Part shown: piece by piece, positions 14,627-29,231 of the stretch | Position numbering within the stretch: the stretch's first letter is position 1 | Layout: each line of letters opens with the position of its first letter | Assembly (NCBI GenBank): GCA_012295275.1 | Contig: CM022678.1 | Location: forward strand, 7,192,001 to 7,256,000 | Direction: 5' to 3' | Length of the DNA: 64,000 nt | Origin: Chrysomallon squamiferum | Lineage: Eukaryota; Animalia; Mollusca | Notes under the pieces: model-generated | The model's database searches: none | What the model was told of the DNA's origin: nothing | What the model saw: the letters and a program-made list of their open reading frames with translations, nothing else | Translations under genes and position numbers: made by a program

Positions 14627-17600
14627 TGGGTCAAACCCATGGATCTAAAGCACAAACAGTGGTTTCTGGAAGCAGAAAAAAAACCTTCCTTAGTATGAGT
14701 GCTGTTCCCTAGAGAGTGATCTTCTGTAGTTCATCTATGGAGATGGTTGCCTGGGATCATGCTGGTGTATTTCTGCAAGCCCTTCTTTATTTGCCCAAAT
14801 GCACCAGTTATAACTGACACAGTTATCATCTCTTCTTGTTCTTGTTATTGTTGCTGTCGTTGTTGTTATTTTGTTGTTATTATTATATTATTATTAAGAA
14901 TTTTTTTTCTGTCTGTGTATGTATATGTATCTGTGTGAGTTTAGATAGACAAAAACAGACAGAATATAAATATTGACCGAACTACCCAACATCAAATAAC
15001 ATTTAAAATACGTTTTTGAACTGTCATCAAACAAGTATTGATTGTTTTCCTGTACAGGTATTGCGTTTCCATGCCTACTTCAAACAAACGGTCCACGAAT
15101 CACCACTGGAGTACTACAGAGTGAGACCAGTCGAGATCTTCTACTACTTGGAGGATGACAGCATTGCAGTGTTGGAGCCACATGTTGAAAACAGCGGAAT
15201 ACCACAAGGTCAGTTAGTGATGCTAGGGTTAATTTGTTACGTAAAAGTGCAAAAACCTCTTAATGCATTCAAAATTACTGAAACCATTAATGGATGTGCT
15301 GACGAATATTTAATTAATATTTAGTAATTATTCAAATAGGGAAATAAGATAATTAGGTAAATATTTAAATGCTACTAAAAAAATGAATAAAAATAAATAT
15401 TTGTTATTAATATAATTATTTTAAATGAATGAAATAATATATGTAAATTATTAATGAAGTATAGTGGAAGCTAAGATAAGGGTTAAACTGTTAATTAAAA
15501 AACACTGTCATGTTAATTATGTACAGTTGTTTACTGTGAGTTGTTGGTAGAAGGGTTATACTGCTAATTAAAGTGCATTGTTTTTGATATTTGTTTGTAG
15601 TGATATTTGGACAAAGGTGGTGGCAAAGGGGTTATTTGATTAATTAAAGTTTATTGTCATTTTTTTATTTCATGTAAAATTAATGACATGAGTGTTTGGT
15701 ACCAAGAGTTAATTTGCTAATTAATATGCATTGTTGTGTTTAATTTGTTTATTAACTGCGGAATACCACAAGTTAAGTTACTGGATTAATGTGTTACAGA
15801 GGCATTGTAATCTAAAGTGTTAGTTTGCTAATTAATGTCTATTGTCATGTTTTTAATTTAATTTTTTTATCCTATTTGTCATTAATGGTTAATTTTCTAA
15901 TTAAAGCATATTGTGCTCTTTTTAAATACATTTGAAATATTAAAGATTTAACTTGCTAATTAATGACAGCTGATAAAGGGTTCATTTTATATCTCTTACT
16001 ATTTTTTAAATATATTATTTTAAGAACTTTTGTTAAACTTTTTGACTGTTATTTATTTAATAATTTCCTCTTTAATTTTAAAATATATTATTAAATTAAT
16101 TATTTCTATTTTGAGTTTTAGACATTACATTTTAATAACTTCTCTGTTTTGATTTTTAAAATATATTATTATTATAAAATAATTTCTATTTGAATTTTTA
16201 AATAAAATTATTAATTTCATAATCTCTACTTTAATTTTTGATTATTATTTATTTATTTTTTTAAAAATGATTTAACAATTAATGATTTTCATTTTATTTT
16301 TCAAACGTATTATTAATTTAATCCTTTCTGCTTTAATTTTTGACTATATTAATTTGATAATTTTACTGTTTTAATTTTTGACTATATTAATTTGATAATT
16401 TTTTCTGTTTTAATTTTTAAATCAATACACAACATTTTAATATTTTTTAACCACGTGTTACAGGAAAGTTGATAAAACGACAGCGTCTACCGAAGAACGA
16501 CCAGGGAGATAACTGGCACTGGAAGGACATCAACGTCGGCATGAACATCACCTTCTACGGCAAAGCCTTCCACATCACAGGCTGCGACAAGTTCACCAGG
16601 GTCAGTCCTAAATAATTTTTGCACATTCCCTTAGTCACGAGTTAATCAAACAAACAATATTCTGCAGGGATACATTTTTCTTTCTTGTTGAAGAATGTTG
16701 ATAATTAAGTTCAGTTTGTTTTGAAAGGTTTTTTTTCCCTGTTATTGTGACGCAACATTTTGTAAGATGACTTAAAACAAAACAAAATTTTATTTATACT
16801 ATATTACATTATATTAAATTGCTTTTCAGTGCATTACATTACATCATATCCTATTAATTCTTATTATAATTATATATCCTATTATTTCTTATCATTATAT
16901 CATATCCTATTATTTCTTATTATCATTATCTTTTTTATTTTATTTATTTATTTTTTATTTTATTTTATTTCATTTCATTTCATTTCATTTCATTTCATTT
17001 TTTGTTTTCTTTGATACTGTTCTGTTCTGTTTTATTCTATTTTATTCTATTCATTTCTATTCATTTCATTCTTTATATTTTATTCTCAGGACTTCATGGA
17101 AAGTGAAGGACTTGTTGTCAACGATCCTGAGGAAATTCCTAAGGACCCGTACATTGAAAAACGAATTCGGGCTGCAGCACTGAAAACATACCAGTCTCCC
17201 AGTTCCTTTGACAAAACCAGGCAGTTCCAGGAACTCGATCGCAAAGTCCTTCGTTTCTACTGCATTTGGGATGACAGAGACGCCATGTTTGGTGAAATGA
17301 GGCCATTTGTTATTCATGTTAGTTAGTCTGGATACACTTTTTTAATTCAATTGATAACATTTTTAATTGTTATTGTTATTTATAATTAAGTCGTGTGTGT
17401 GTACCTATGTACCTATGTATGAATATGTGGATAATTATGCATGTACATCTTTGTACATATATGTTAGTAAATATATATCTATATATGAATGTATATGTAT
17501 GTCTATGTGTATTTTACACATACATGTGCACTCACACACACACTCACGTACACACACATACATAGAACAAAAGAGAACAGATATAAATAACTTAGAACCA

Positions 17601-19104
17601 TACAAACATATATATACACACACCTATGAATACATACATATATAACATCAACTATACATTTATCTTTGAACTCTATTTCACAAACCTATTCCCCTTTTTT
17701 ATTTTATTTTTAAATCCTTTCCCAGCTATAGCACAGTCAGAAAATCTCACTTTATTATTAAAATCATTTTAACTCATTTCAGTACTACCTTGTCGATGAC
17801 ACCCTGGAGGTTAGGGAGGTGCACACAGCAAATGATGGGCGTGACCCATTCCCTGTCCTTATCGGTCGTGAGAAGGTACCCAAGGATCGCCATGACGTCC
17901 CAACCTCTTACCCAGCGGTTGTCATGGAGCTCTCCGCCAACGAAGTTAAAGAGTATTTCACCCCAAAAGACTTTGAAATAGGCAAGACTGTTACCATATA
18001 TGGAGACGCTTCCTCATCTACGACTGCGATAATTTCACTAAGTCTTTCTATTACCACAACTTTGGAATCACGGAGTTCAATGTGGTGGATGTGAAGGAAT
18101 ACCTGAAGGATCTGCCTAAAATGGTAAGTTTGAAATTTCTTAAAACAGGGGTACAAAGAAAAAGGATCATCTAATTATGTGCAGTCTTAAAGAAAAAAAA
18201 CAGAAAAACAACTCAATAATTGGTTCACATACGTCAGAATTTTTCTTTCATCTGAGACTTGTTGAAGTACAAAAATGACGATACTGCCAATTAGCCTTAA
18301 TATATTTATTAATTATTTGTTGTTAAAGTGTACTCACCTAGGTATGAGGAAATAATGTAAATACACTTTACATATTTAAAAAATGACTATTTCATTTGAT
18401 AATGATAATGTATATTAATGATAAAACAAGACCATTAAAGGGGCAAAAAACTTATTTGCTTATGTACTTACTAACTTATGCTGTTACTTACCTACCTATG
18501 TATTTCTGTTTTAAATTTTAGACATCGTATTTTAACAACATCTCTGTTTTTGATTTCTAAATCTATTATTATTTGAAAATAATATTTTAACAACAAATCT
18601 TCTGTTTTTTTATTTTTGAAATCTATTTTATTATTTTTTTTTTAAAAATAATTTCTTTTTTTTAATTTTGAATTATTATTTTTCATTTATGTTTTTAAAA
18701 TGATTTTTTTTGAAATTTTATAATCATTTTCATTTTATATTCACTCAACTGGGCCATACAAATAACAAATCATTTTTATTATTATCTTCAGGAGATACCA
18801 CCGTACAACAACATCGGATCCATGGAGGATTCCTTGCAGTCTTGTCTCTCTCTTGTTCCTCAGCCTCCCAAGAAAGATTTTGTCAAGATGCTGGAGAACG
18901 ATCACAAAGTTCTCAGATTTGAGGCTGTTATGGTGAGCTCAAGTTACTTATAGCCTTTTGAGTCAATGTTAAGTAGTTGTAATAATGGTAGTGGTAGTGG
19001 TAGTGGTAGTAGTAGTTCTAGTACACCCTAATAATAAGAAATAATCTGTAGTAGCAGTAATAGTGATGATGGTAGTAATAACAACATTAGTAGTAGTAGC
19101 AGTA

Positions 19105-19142
<38 letters not shown>

Positions 19143-22092
19143 ATAACTGATGATGGTAATAAATAACAATAATAGTAGTAGCAGTCAGCAGTTAATGTTA
19201 AAGCAAATATCAACGGTTGTAGTAGTTTTAGTAGATGATATACAGTGATAATGGTAATAACAGTAAAGACACAGACACTTATAAGCATGGACAGATATTC
19301 AAACATAATAATGATTTTGATGATGATGATGATGATATGAACTGAAGAACAATACACTACTTACAAATTGCTGAATTCCAAATAAATATTGTTTTTTTTT
19401 AATCATTCATTCATTCATTTACTTACTTACTGATTCATTTATTCAGTTATTTAGTTACTTATTCATTTTATTTATTTATTTACTTTCTTTTTTTTTTTTT
19501 TATTTTATTTATTTTTTATTTTATTTTATTTTATTTTTTAAGAATTTTTTAAAAAATTTTTAATTTTATATTTACTTATTTATTTATTTACTTATTTACC
19601 TGCAGGAATCTTCGAGACCTGAAGGACGCTGGTCGAAGGTTTATTCTGTCATACAGACTGGCAGACGACATGATGACAATCTATGAGCCACCGGTTCGAA
19701 ACTCAGGAATCATCGGCGGCAAATTCTTGGAGAGAACACGAGTTGCTAAGCCAGGCTGCCATCCCAACAGCATTGAGTACTACGGCCCACAAGATCTGTA
19801 CATCGGCGCTTGCGTTGAGGTGTTCCGACATCGTTTCCGAATTGTCTGCGCTGATGAATATGTGTTGAAGTACATGGAGGAACACAAAGACCAGTTTCCA
19901 GGTGAGTAACCAACAAGGGAGAATCCAGTATTTCAGAAAAGAGGCATTGGTCATCAGGGAGGTGCTTATGCCTTTTTTTGCAGGATAAAATTAATTGCAG
20001 TGGATGTACTGTTTTTTTTTTAGGATAAAATGAATTTTGTTATAAAAAATAGTATTTTGGGGATAAAAAAAAGATGAAGGTAAAATGAAAAAATGTCATT
20101 TTTTATTAGGAATAATAAAATAATAAATAAGATAAAATGAATTTCTTTTGACAAATAAAATTCTTAAAAAGCAGAAAGAAATAGGTCTGTAGATAATGAC
20201 TGTAAAAATGTAGCAGGTTGATTCTACTGTATCAACACTAATAACACATCAGTTATCATTCTTCTTTTCTTTTTTGTCTTTTTTTTCTTACAAACTGCTT
20301 ATATTCTTAACCCATATAGCCAAGTTCTTTAATTATAATAATAGATAATAAATCTAAATCTATTTAATGATATATGATAGTCACAAATGTATTGGTTCCC
20401 AAACCTTTTGGATCATCTATCCCTTGACACCCCAGTTTTACCCTTAGGCTCCCTCATTTATTTCCAGTATCTAAATGAGCCTCAATAGATTTCTGGTTTA
20501 AGATTGACATGCAAAACTTCAAATTAATTATTCTTCTCAGGAATGCACATAGCTCTCAGGGTGTAGGGGTATATTGCCCATCTGTGAATCATTGCCCTAG
20601 ACTAACAACGATTTTTCAGATCATGACGATGTAAGGGTGACTGTGGTAGTCCTATATGTTTACATTTTAAATATCTGACAAAAGTGTTTGTGTTTGTTAA
20701 TTTCAGAAAGCACAATTCAATCACTGAGAGACACTGTCGGAGTTGCCCAGAAACAAAAGGAGATGATCAAAGGTGCTCCAATGAAAGTTAAACGAGAGTA
20801 TGTACCAAGTATTTTTTATTTATTTATTTATTTTTTTTTTTTTTTTTTTACGTTATCACTACATGCATAAGTACAGTTATATATGTGAAGAATAGATTGT
20901 CTTTCTGATTAATGATTAGATCTTACAGAACAACAAAGTGTTTATTTTTACTATTATCATCATTATTATTACTATCATGTTTATCATCATCATCATTTAT
21001 TATTATTGTTATTATTATTATCATTGTTGATATTATTATTACTAATTATTATTGTTATTATTATTATTATTATTGTAAATTGTTATTGTTATTATTATTA
21101 TTATTATTATTATTTCTATCAGGCCTGGAGATCTAGATACCTTGGTCAAACAAGTTCGTGCTCAGCTAAAGAAGATTGCTATCACCGACAAAACCCGAGT
21201 TGATGAGATGTTCCTGCGCTACAACTCTGACCGCACTGGCTACATCGATGCCAACAACATGCGTGACCTGTGTCATCGACTACAACTGCCCATTGATGAT
21301 GATGTCCTCAACTGTGTATGTTATCTTAGCTTGAATTTCTTTAAAAGCATTTGTCAGTTTCTGCCCGTGTCAGTCTTTCTTTGTAAAAAGTCTGTTTATC
21401 CGTATGTCTGTCTGTCTGTCAGGGTGTCTTTTTTATCTGTATTCTGTGTTTATATTTCTCTTTTCTGACTACCTGTTTGTCCGTTTGTGTATTAATAGAT
21501 ATAAATGTCTATTTACAACTGTCCATCTGTGTATTGCTGTGTTAATCTGTCATTTTCTCTGTCTCTCCATTGATTTTTCTCTCTAGCTATCTTTTCATCA
21601 GTTTTTCTTTTTCTCTAGAAAGTATGAATTGTTTTTTTTTTTTTTTTTTTTATTATCCCTTTCAGTTCATTTTATTATCTTGGCTTAAAGATGACATATC
21701 TATTTCTGTCATTACTTAAAAAGACCAAAATAGTTGTGTTAATCTGTATTTTTTTAAATATTATGTTTAATTCTAATAAAACTATTTCTAAATGTGTTTA
21801 TCTTTTATTAAGTTTATCTGTTACATCATTCTCTTTTAATTGGACTTTTCTCTTCTTTTTTTTATTTTTTTTTTTTTCTAAATCTAACATATTTTTTTAA
21901 ATTTGTATTTCTTACTGCATTTTTTTTTTTTTCTTTAGTTTGGTAAATCTTTCTTCTTGTTATTATTCCACTGTTTTTATTAAAGATTATTAATTTAAAT
22001 TTTATTTATTTCAGCTGATATCACAATGTACATCAGACCCTCAGGGAAGGATCAGTTTGGAAGATTTCAGAAGATTTGTTGAAAGTTGTTAA
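13466..22092 (+). CDS. EFHC1: EF-hand domain-containing protein 1 (EFHC1/Rib72, three DM10 domains plus C-terminal EF-hand), 11 coding exons (13466-13513, 14253-14474, 15058-15208, 16464-16600, 17090-17317, 17783-18123, 18792-18932, 19606-19901, 20707-20797, 21123-21315, 22015-22092), ~641 aa; two apparent 1-nt frameshifts (~18004, ~19623)
   Basis: Starts [18 protein letters not shown]10 motifs: [110 protein letters not shown]-hand-like [13 protein letters not shown]. Introns are GT-AG. Confidence 0.93.
15470..15975. repeat. Degenerate ~70-110 bp tandem repeat in EFHC1 intron 3
   Basis: Recurring core GGTTAATTTGCTAATTAA..TGCATTGT at ~15481, 15554, 15630, 15707, 15818, 15887 and 15948. One unit carries GCGGAATACCACAAG, identical to the end of exon 3. 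Confidence 0.6.
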
Positions 22093-22347
22093 AAATAAAA
22101 TGAAAAAAAAAAAAAAAAAAAAACAAAATACAAACAAAAAATACCTGAAACATTAAAAGAAATATAAAAATGTAATTTTAGACTTTGGGATAAGCAAGTT
22201 TTCGAAAATTGTTGTTGAAGAAATCATTTCATATTCCAAGCCAGTGTGATAAAAAGTAAAAATAAAACATACAAATTGGGTAATTTTATTTACCTATTTT
22301 GTAACGACTTCATTGATGATTGTTTATTTATTTATTTATTTAGTTAC

Positions 22348-22385
<38 letters not shown>

Positions 22386-23008
22386 TTATTTATTAATTAT
22401 TTTCTGCATTTGTTGTTTCACCATAATGTTCAAAATTACTTATGAGAAAATGTACACATTTTTAAAATGTCCTGTATTGCTGTTAGTAATAAACTATATC
22501 CATTTGAAGAAAAAAAAATCTTGTTTTTAATCTTTACAAAACCATAACAGTATATGCCTACATGTATCACCATATGTATTATGTATAAGCATACATTATG
22601 TATACAGGTGTGTATCTGAGTTAACGTCTGTATGCTTTTATTAGTGTAAATATGTGTAACTGTGTATGTAGCATTACAATTTATGTGTTATAAAAATAAC
22701 ATTATTTTATCACAAATGCTCCAAACAGTTGTTCAGAATGAGATTTTAAATTCAATATTTTTGAGTTTTATTGTGTATGCAGATGTAGGTAAAAGCAATT
22801 TATATTCATGTTTTTTTTAAAATACTATTTTGTCCATAGTTTGTGTTTCTTCTTTTAGAATCTGGTATTATAATTAAAAACTTTTTACCTGAAGTATTCT
22901 GCCTGTATTGAGTGTTTGCAGTTCTTATCATTCCTTATAAATTATACATTACAAAAAAGTTAATATTTTGTGACAATAAAATAAAATAATAGTAATAATA
23001 AAAATAAA

Positions 23009-23050
<42 letters not shown>

Positions 23051-23583
23051 TATTATTATATTATTACTACTATATTGCTATTATTATCATTATCAGTATT
23101 GCTATTATTATTATTACTGTTATTATTATTATTATTATTGTTATTATTTGAAGTTTAATATTCTATATATTATTACTACTTGTAAGTACAACATGCATAA
23201 CTTTTTCATTTCTTGTTTCTCTTTTACCACCAAACATTGTGTGCTTGACAGACCTAAATGTTATTAAAGCCTTTAAAAATAATTTTTTTTTGTGTGTTTT
23301 TTTTATTTATTTATTTATTTCTAATTTTTTTTTTACTTGGATGTAAACTGTTTACAAAGTACATAATTACTAAGAATCTCTTACCCCATTAAATATCAGA
23401 ATTAAAGTAAATAAATAAATAAATAAATAAATAATGAAACAATGAAATAAGAATAAATAAATAAATAAATTAAATAAATAAGAGTAACAAAATTAATGAA
23501 TCGATTAAATAAGAATGAAGAAAGGAAAACGAATGAATATAAAAGTTTTTAAAAATAAAACAACAACGAAGTTAATGTAATAA

Positions 23584-23648
23584 CAGGTGTTCAAGTATTC
23601 TGTTGGCGGACCGGATGTGGTCCGTGAGCCAGGCGTTGCCGACACCTA
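23584..23648. mobile_element. Short remnant resembling a hAT-type MITE terminus
   Basis: GC-rich island GGACCGGATGTGGTCCGTGAGCCAGGCGTTGCCGACACCT, with short inverted ends (AGGTGT..ACACCT), resembles hAT subterminal motifs. No clean 8-bp TSD is visible. Confidence 0.35.
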
Positions 23649-24262
23649 TTGTAAACCATCACATTAAATGTATAATAAAAAGAGAAGACAAAGAAATAAA
23701 CGAAATAAAATAAAAACGAGAGCAAATACTGATATCATTTTCATGTATTTAATTTTGATAAGCAACACTTTAATTTTAATAACTCTACATCGCCAATATA
23801 CGCGCGTGCATGCAAATGCGCATGCTCGGTTATAAATGTTAGCCAGTGAGCTTCTGACACAAATATATCTAAGTTAATGATATATCCATAAAAAAAATAT
23901 ATATAATGTTGACGCATCCGTTTATAGTAGTATAAATCACTTATTCTGTCATAGATGACAAGAACATCTGAATGAAATGAAGGAGTCTAGCACTTTCTGT
24001 GTGTCACTCAGTGAAAGATTCGTGCATTCAGTGTTATTTCATTACGAACAAAAACTATTATTTAGTAGACAGTTACACCTTTCAAACATAATAATCAAAC
24101 TACAGCTACATAAATAATAAATTACCTACTTTTACTGGTGCGAATAATTAACCTATCTATTTAAATGGAGGGATGTAATAAATCTTTTAAAATGAACATT
24201 TTTTAAGATGATGCTGATTATAATGATGAAAATAATGATAAATCAAACCAAAAAATGTTTTA

Positions 24263-24316
<54 letters not shown>

Positions 24317-24432
24317 CGTTTCAGTTTGCCTCCTGGAATCAATACTAATATTTCTTTTATTGATAGCAGAATTCTACAAAATATTTCATTATTATATTTT
24401 ACATAACTTAATGTAATATTTGATAACTACAT

Positions 24433-24463
<31 letters not shown>

Positions 24464-24815
24464 TTATTATTATTATTATTATTCATTTCATACTAAGTTT
24501 CCAAACCGCATTTTTGACGCCTCCTTCAATGAATTCCGGGATGTGTCTCTGCATAGCACGTTATTAAATAATAAAATGTAATCCGACACCAATAGTGGCC
24601 CAGGAAATAAAACTATTGAGATACCGAACAACTTCTCCCTCTTTTAATGATGTAATTAACTTATAGATAGTATCATCTGTGAAAAAAATGGTATCAGCTG
24701 GTACGACGAAAAATGGTATAAATACATCCACACGATTTTTATACTTCATAGAGTAGATCATAGACAATATTATAGTAGAAGTGAATACAGCTTAAAATAC
24801 AGAGCAAGGATAATC

Positions 24816-25958
24816 ATGTCAATGAAAATAATTTTATGTTTCGCTGCGGTGCTCCTTACAGTTCAGGCGGCGTCTTTAGCGGAAAATTCTGGAAAGAGTG
24901 ACGTCACAGACGAGATACAAGACGCAGACGACAGTGATTATGATTTTGACATGAGAGATGTAACAGAGGATGATCTTCGCGAATTAATCCATTATGTGCA
25001 CGACAATCTAAAGAGAGCTGTTGGTAAGACAAAGTAAAAAAAAAAAAAAAAAAAAAAAATCCTACAAGAATAACATTTTTAGTTACCAAAAATTAGTAAT
25101 AGTATTTATTTTTAATTCATCATAGTGTCGTCAAACTATTGTTTATAAATACTGATATCATTTTACAGCAAAATTTATAATTTAATCAATTAATAATAAT
25201 AATAATAAGGCATTTTAGATTTTAATTTCACATAAATATAAAGAAAATAAACTTCTAATTTCCTTTGTAGTTTACTAATGACTTAAAGTAACCTTTTAAA
25301 ATACTATATATATATATATATATATTATATTGCAAAAGAACTCACACATACACATAAAATATAGTTCAGACAGGCATTCTTTACTTCCAAAACTATTATT
25401 CAAACAGTTCAAAATGAATTAGAAAAATGTAAAACTTAGGAATATCTGATTTAATTCATCTGCAAATTGTCCCAAATAACATGGATAGAAATGGATTTTA
25501 GGATTAAGATATAGGCTAAACTCCACGGGCTAAGATTGTGAAAGAATGGTGTTAACGCACTATGTCTCGCAGTAAGAATTATATATATATAAAGATTATA
25601 TAAAAAGTAATTAATTAAATAGTTTTGATTTTTTTTTATCAGATAGCTTAATATATGTGTTGTTTATGCGAGTTTAGTAAATCATATATGTATTAATTAT
25701 AGAAAATAAACAAATTCGTTTTAGTCGCTAGAATATGACAAAGTCTACCTAATAAATATCTCCGACTTTACATTAATACAGAAATGGGACATTGATATAA
25801 AGGGGAACGTCTTCCAGTGTCTTCCATCTATTGTTATCACAGCTAAATAAGCATTATTTTTAACTTATTTATTTATTTATTTATTTATTTATCATATTTA
25901 TTTATTTATTTATTTATTTATTTATCATCATCATCGTTATTATTACCAATATTATTAC

Positions 25959-26006
<48 letters not shown>

Positions 26007-26202
26007 AACAGATGACATGAACGGAGATCAGATTGAACTTGTTGACAATGAAGGGAGTTTGGAAAAGAGATTGAACAGAGAGGGCTGGTCTGTGGGACTT
26101 AGTGGATTAAACTATCGACGGGGAAATTTCAGGTTTAACACCAGTCCAACATTCAGAAGAGGGGGTCTTGGTGCTGAAGCTACATTCTCATGGACGTTTT
26201 AA
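24816..26202 (+). CDS. Secreted prepropeptide, array copy 1 (clade A); exons 24816-25023 and 26012-26202; 132 aa; mature LNREGWSVGLSGLNYRRGNFRFNTSPTFRRGGLGAEATFSWTF
   Basis: Hydrophobic signal peptide, acidic pro-region, NLKR and LEKR dibasic sites, phase-1 GT-AG intron joining in frame, TATAAATA at 24717, AATAAA at 26244. Confidence 0.9.
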
Positions 26203-26301
26203 AATAAGTACCTGGGTAAACCCGTGAAGATGTTTGAGAATGAAATAAAAACGTAGAAGCTAGAGATTATAGTTTGTTTTGGTCTTCTTCATAATTAAAG
26301 T

Positions 26302-26336
<35 letters not shown>

Positions 26337-27872
26337 TATTATTATTATTACTATTACTGTTACTGTTAGTACCAATGCACTACTGTGACTGCAACTACCA
26401 CTGCTACTACCAGCACCACAGCTACTATACTATTATTAATTCTTATGTACATATGTTTGTCTGTGTATACGTATGTTTGTATGTATACATTTGCTGTAAA
26501 TTACGTATATACGTACCTACGTAATTTACTGCAATTTTTCTTTGTTTTTCTTTTAGGTTTATTTGGTACCATAAAATGAATAACAATGCACACTCTGATT
26601 TAACTCTCCCAGAACAATACACATGTCAAGAAACATTGGAGTAGGTGGAGATCCGAAGAATGACAAATGACAGGATAAGTTATTTTGTTTTATTTGTGTT
26701 ATGTTTTGTTTCAACCACTGAACAATGGCTTGTATATTGTTTTTGTTTTTTCATCTTTCTGTTAAACAGGGTCGGATCTATTATGGAACTAAGTGAATTT
26801 TAAGCTTCCGGGCCCCAAACGTAACAGGATCCCACAAGCGAATTTAGTTCACTCTGTTTAAATTTTTTTAATCTAAATAGGAAATGCCGTTGTTATTTTT
26901 ATTTTTATTTTTAAAATTAATGGTGGTCTTCCATGGAAAAAATCCATGAAAAAAAAAAAAAATCAGTGATTACCTAGACGTCGTTCCTGTTTCCGAAGGC
27001 CTCCATAGCAGTACAAGCTACAGGGCCTCAAAATTGTACGTTCCCCAGTTGTTAATAAAGGTAATTTAAAACATGTGATGGTACTAATGGCTTACCGTTG
27101 ATTACTGGGAAAATACTCACACCATCATTTTAAAACAGTAAATTGGATCTACTCTAGAATTCAGACATATAAAATATGGAAGACCATTGTTAGTAAAGTA
27201 TACATGCGCCAGAGAACGGTATCTGAAAAGAACTCACTTCACAGTACTCATGTCAAATAATATGCATGCGCAAGAGTACGCCTTATCAAATAAGGTACAT
27301 ACTTTAAAGTATTCCATGTTAAAGTATATGTCAGAGTTTCCCATGTTAAATACAAAGAAATTCACATATATCATTCATGAAAATATGCCTGTCAAATAAA
27401 ATACATACTTCGTTGTATCTGGTAAAATACACACGTCGGAGTTCGCCTTGGCAAAGGCTGGTAAGGAAGGGCGTAAATGAGTGTTGTCATTTATCTTCTT
27501 TTAACTTATCTCAGTATGCTCATTTTCTCATGGGTAATCTAGTCTGATGTTTATTGATATTTGATGATGACCATGATGATGAAGATGATGATGGTGATAA
27601 CAAAAACAATGACAACAATGTTAATGATAATGATAATGATGATGAGAATGCTGATAATGCTGATGATAATAATGATGATTATAATGATGGTAATTATGAT
27701 GATGTAATAAAATATCATTACTGGCAGTACTTCTTTGATTCAATACTGGTAATAAAATAAAATGGATATAAACTGCAAACTAAAACCAGGTGGAAGCTCT
27801 TTCTCTGCATACTCTTCCATTTATATCACTGTTTTTTTTATTTTTTTTGTGGTTTTTATTATTATTATTATT

Positions 27873-27904
<32 letters not shown>

Positions 27905-28301
27905 TACTACTACTACTACTACTACTAATAATAATTTTTATTATTATTATTATAGTTATTATTATTATTCATTTCATACTACGTTTTCAAACCGACGTTC
28001 TGACGCCTCTTTCAGTGATATCCGGGACGGGTCTATGCATTGCACGTTATTAAATAACAAAAGGTAATGAAACACCAACACTGTCCCAGTAAATAAAACT
28101 ATTAAGATATAGAAAAACTTCTCACCTCTTTAATAATCTAATTAACTACATATAGTCTCATCTGTGAAAAAATGGTATCAGCTGGTACCACGAACAATGG
28201 TATAAATACATCCACACGTTTTTAATACTTCATAGAGAATAGATCGTAGCCAATATTATAGTAGAAGTGAATACAGCTTAAATTACACAACAAGCATAAT
28301 C

Positions 28302-29119
28302 ATGTCACTGAAACTAATAATTTTATTTTTTGCTGCGGTGCTCCTTACAGCTCAGGCGGCTTCTTTAGCGGAAAATTCTGGAAAGAGTGACGTCACAGAC
28401 GAGATACAAGACGCAGACGACAGTGATTATGCTTTTGACATGAGAGATGTAACAGAGGATGATCTTCGCGAATTAATCCATTATGTGCAAGACAATCTAA
28501 AGAGAGCTGCTGGTAAGTTAAAGTGAAAAAAAAAGAAAAAAAAGAATAAGATTTTTAGTTCAAAAGTTCAGAAGTTAATAATTTTATTTATTTTTAATCC
28601 ATCCTAGTGTCGTCAAACTATTGTTTATAAATACTGATATCATTTTTCAACAAAATTTAATTGCAGCAAAATATACATATATAATTTAATGAATTACTAC
28701 TACTACTACTACTACTGCTACTAATAATAATGATATTAAAATAATAATAATAATAATAAGGCCTTTTAGATTTTAATTTCACAGAAATATCATAAAGAAA
28801 ATAAACTTTTAATTTCCTTTGCAGTACTTTTTAATATATATATATATATATATCTAAAGATTATATAAACATATATAAAACGTAATTAAGGAATTAAAGA
28901 AAGTTTTTGATATTTGATCAGGCATGTGCTGTTTATGCGAGTTTAGTAAATCATATATGTATTAATTATAGAAAATAAACAAATTCGTTTTAGTCGCTAG
29001 AATATGACGAAGGCTTGTAATAAACATCTCCGACTTTACATTAATACAGAAATAAAGAGGAACGTCGTCCTGTGTCTTCCATCTAATTTTATCATAGTTA
29101 AATAAGCATTATTTTTAAG

Positions 29120-29154
<35 letters not shown>

Positions 29155-29179
29155 TCATCATCATCATCTTTATTATTAC

Positions 29180-29231
<52 letters not shown>

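Noticed and set aside
26119-26130. NF-kB-like GGGGAAATTTC in clade A exon 2
   Set aside because: Explained by codons for R-G-N-F; no independent evidence of a regulatory role.
26071-26202. RFamide-type neuropeptide interpretation of peptides ending in RF
   Set aside because: No C-terminal Gly amidation donor, a single long peptide per precursor rather than repeated short ones, and some copies end in TF or KF.
27554-27760. Asp/Asn-rich ORF (MIFDDDHD..) resembling an acidic biomineralisation protein
   Set aside because: Degenerate (GAT/AAT)n tract homologous to the copy 8 intron; no ATG start, signal peptide or consistent frame.
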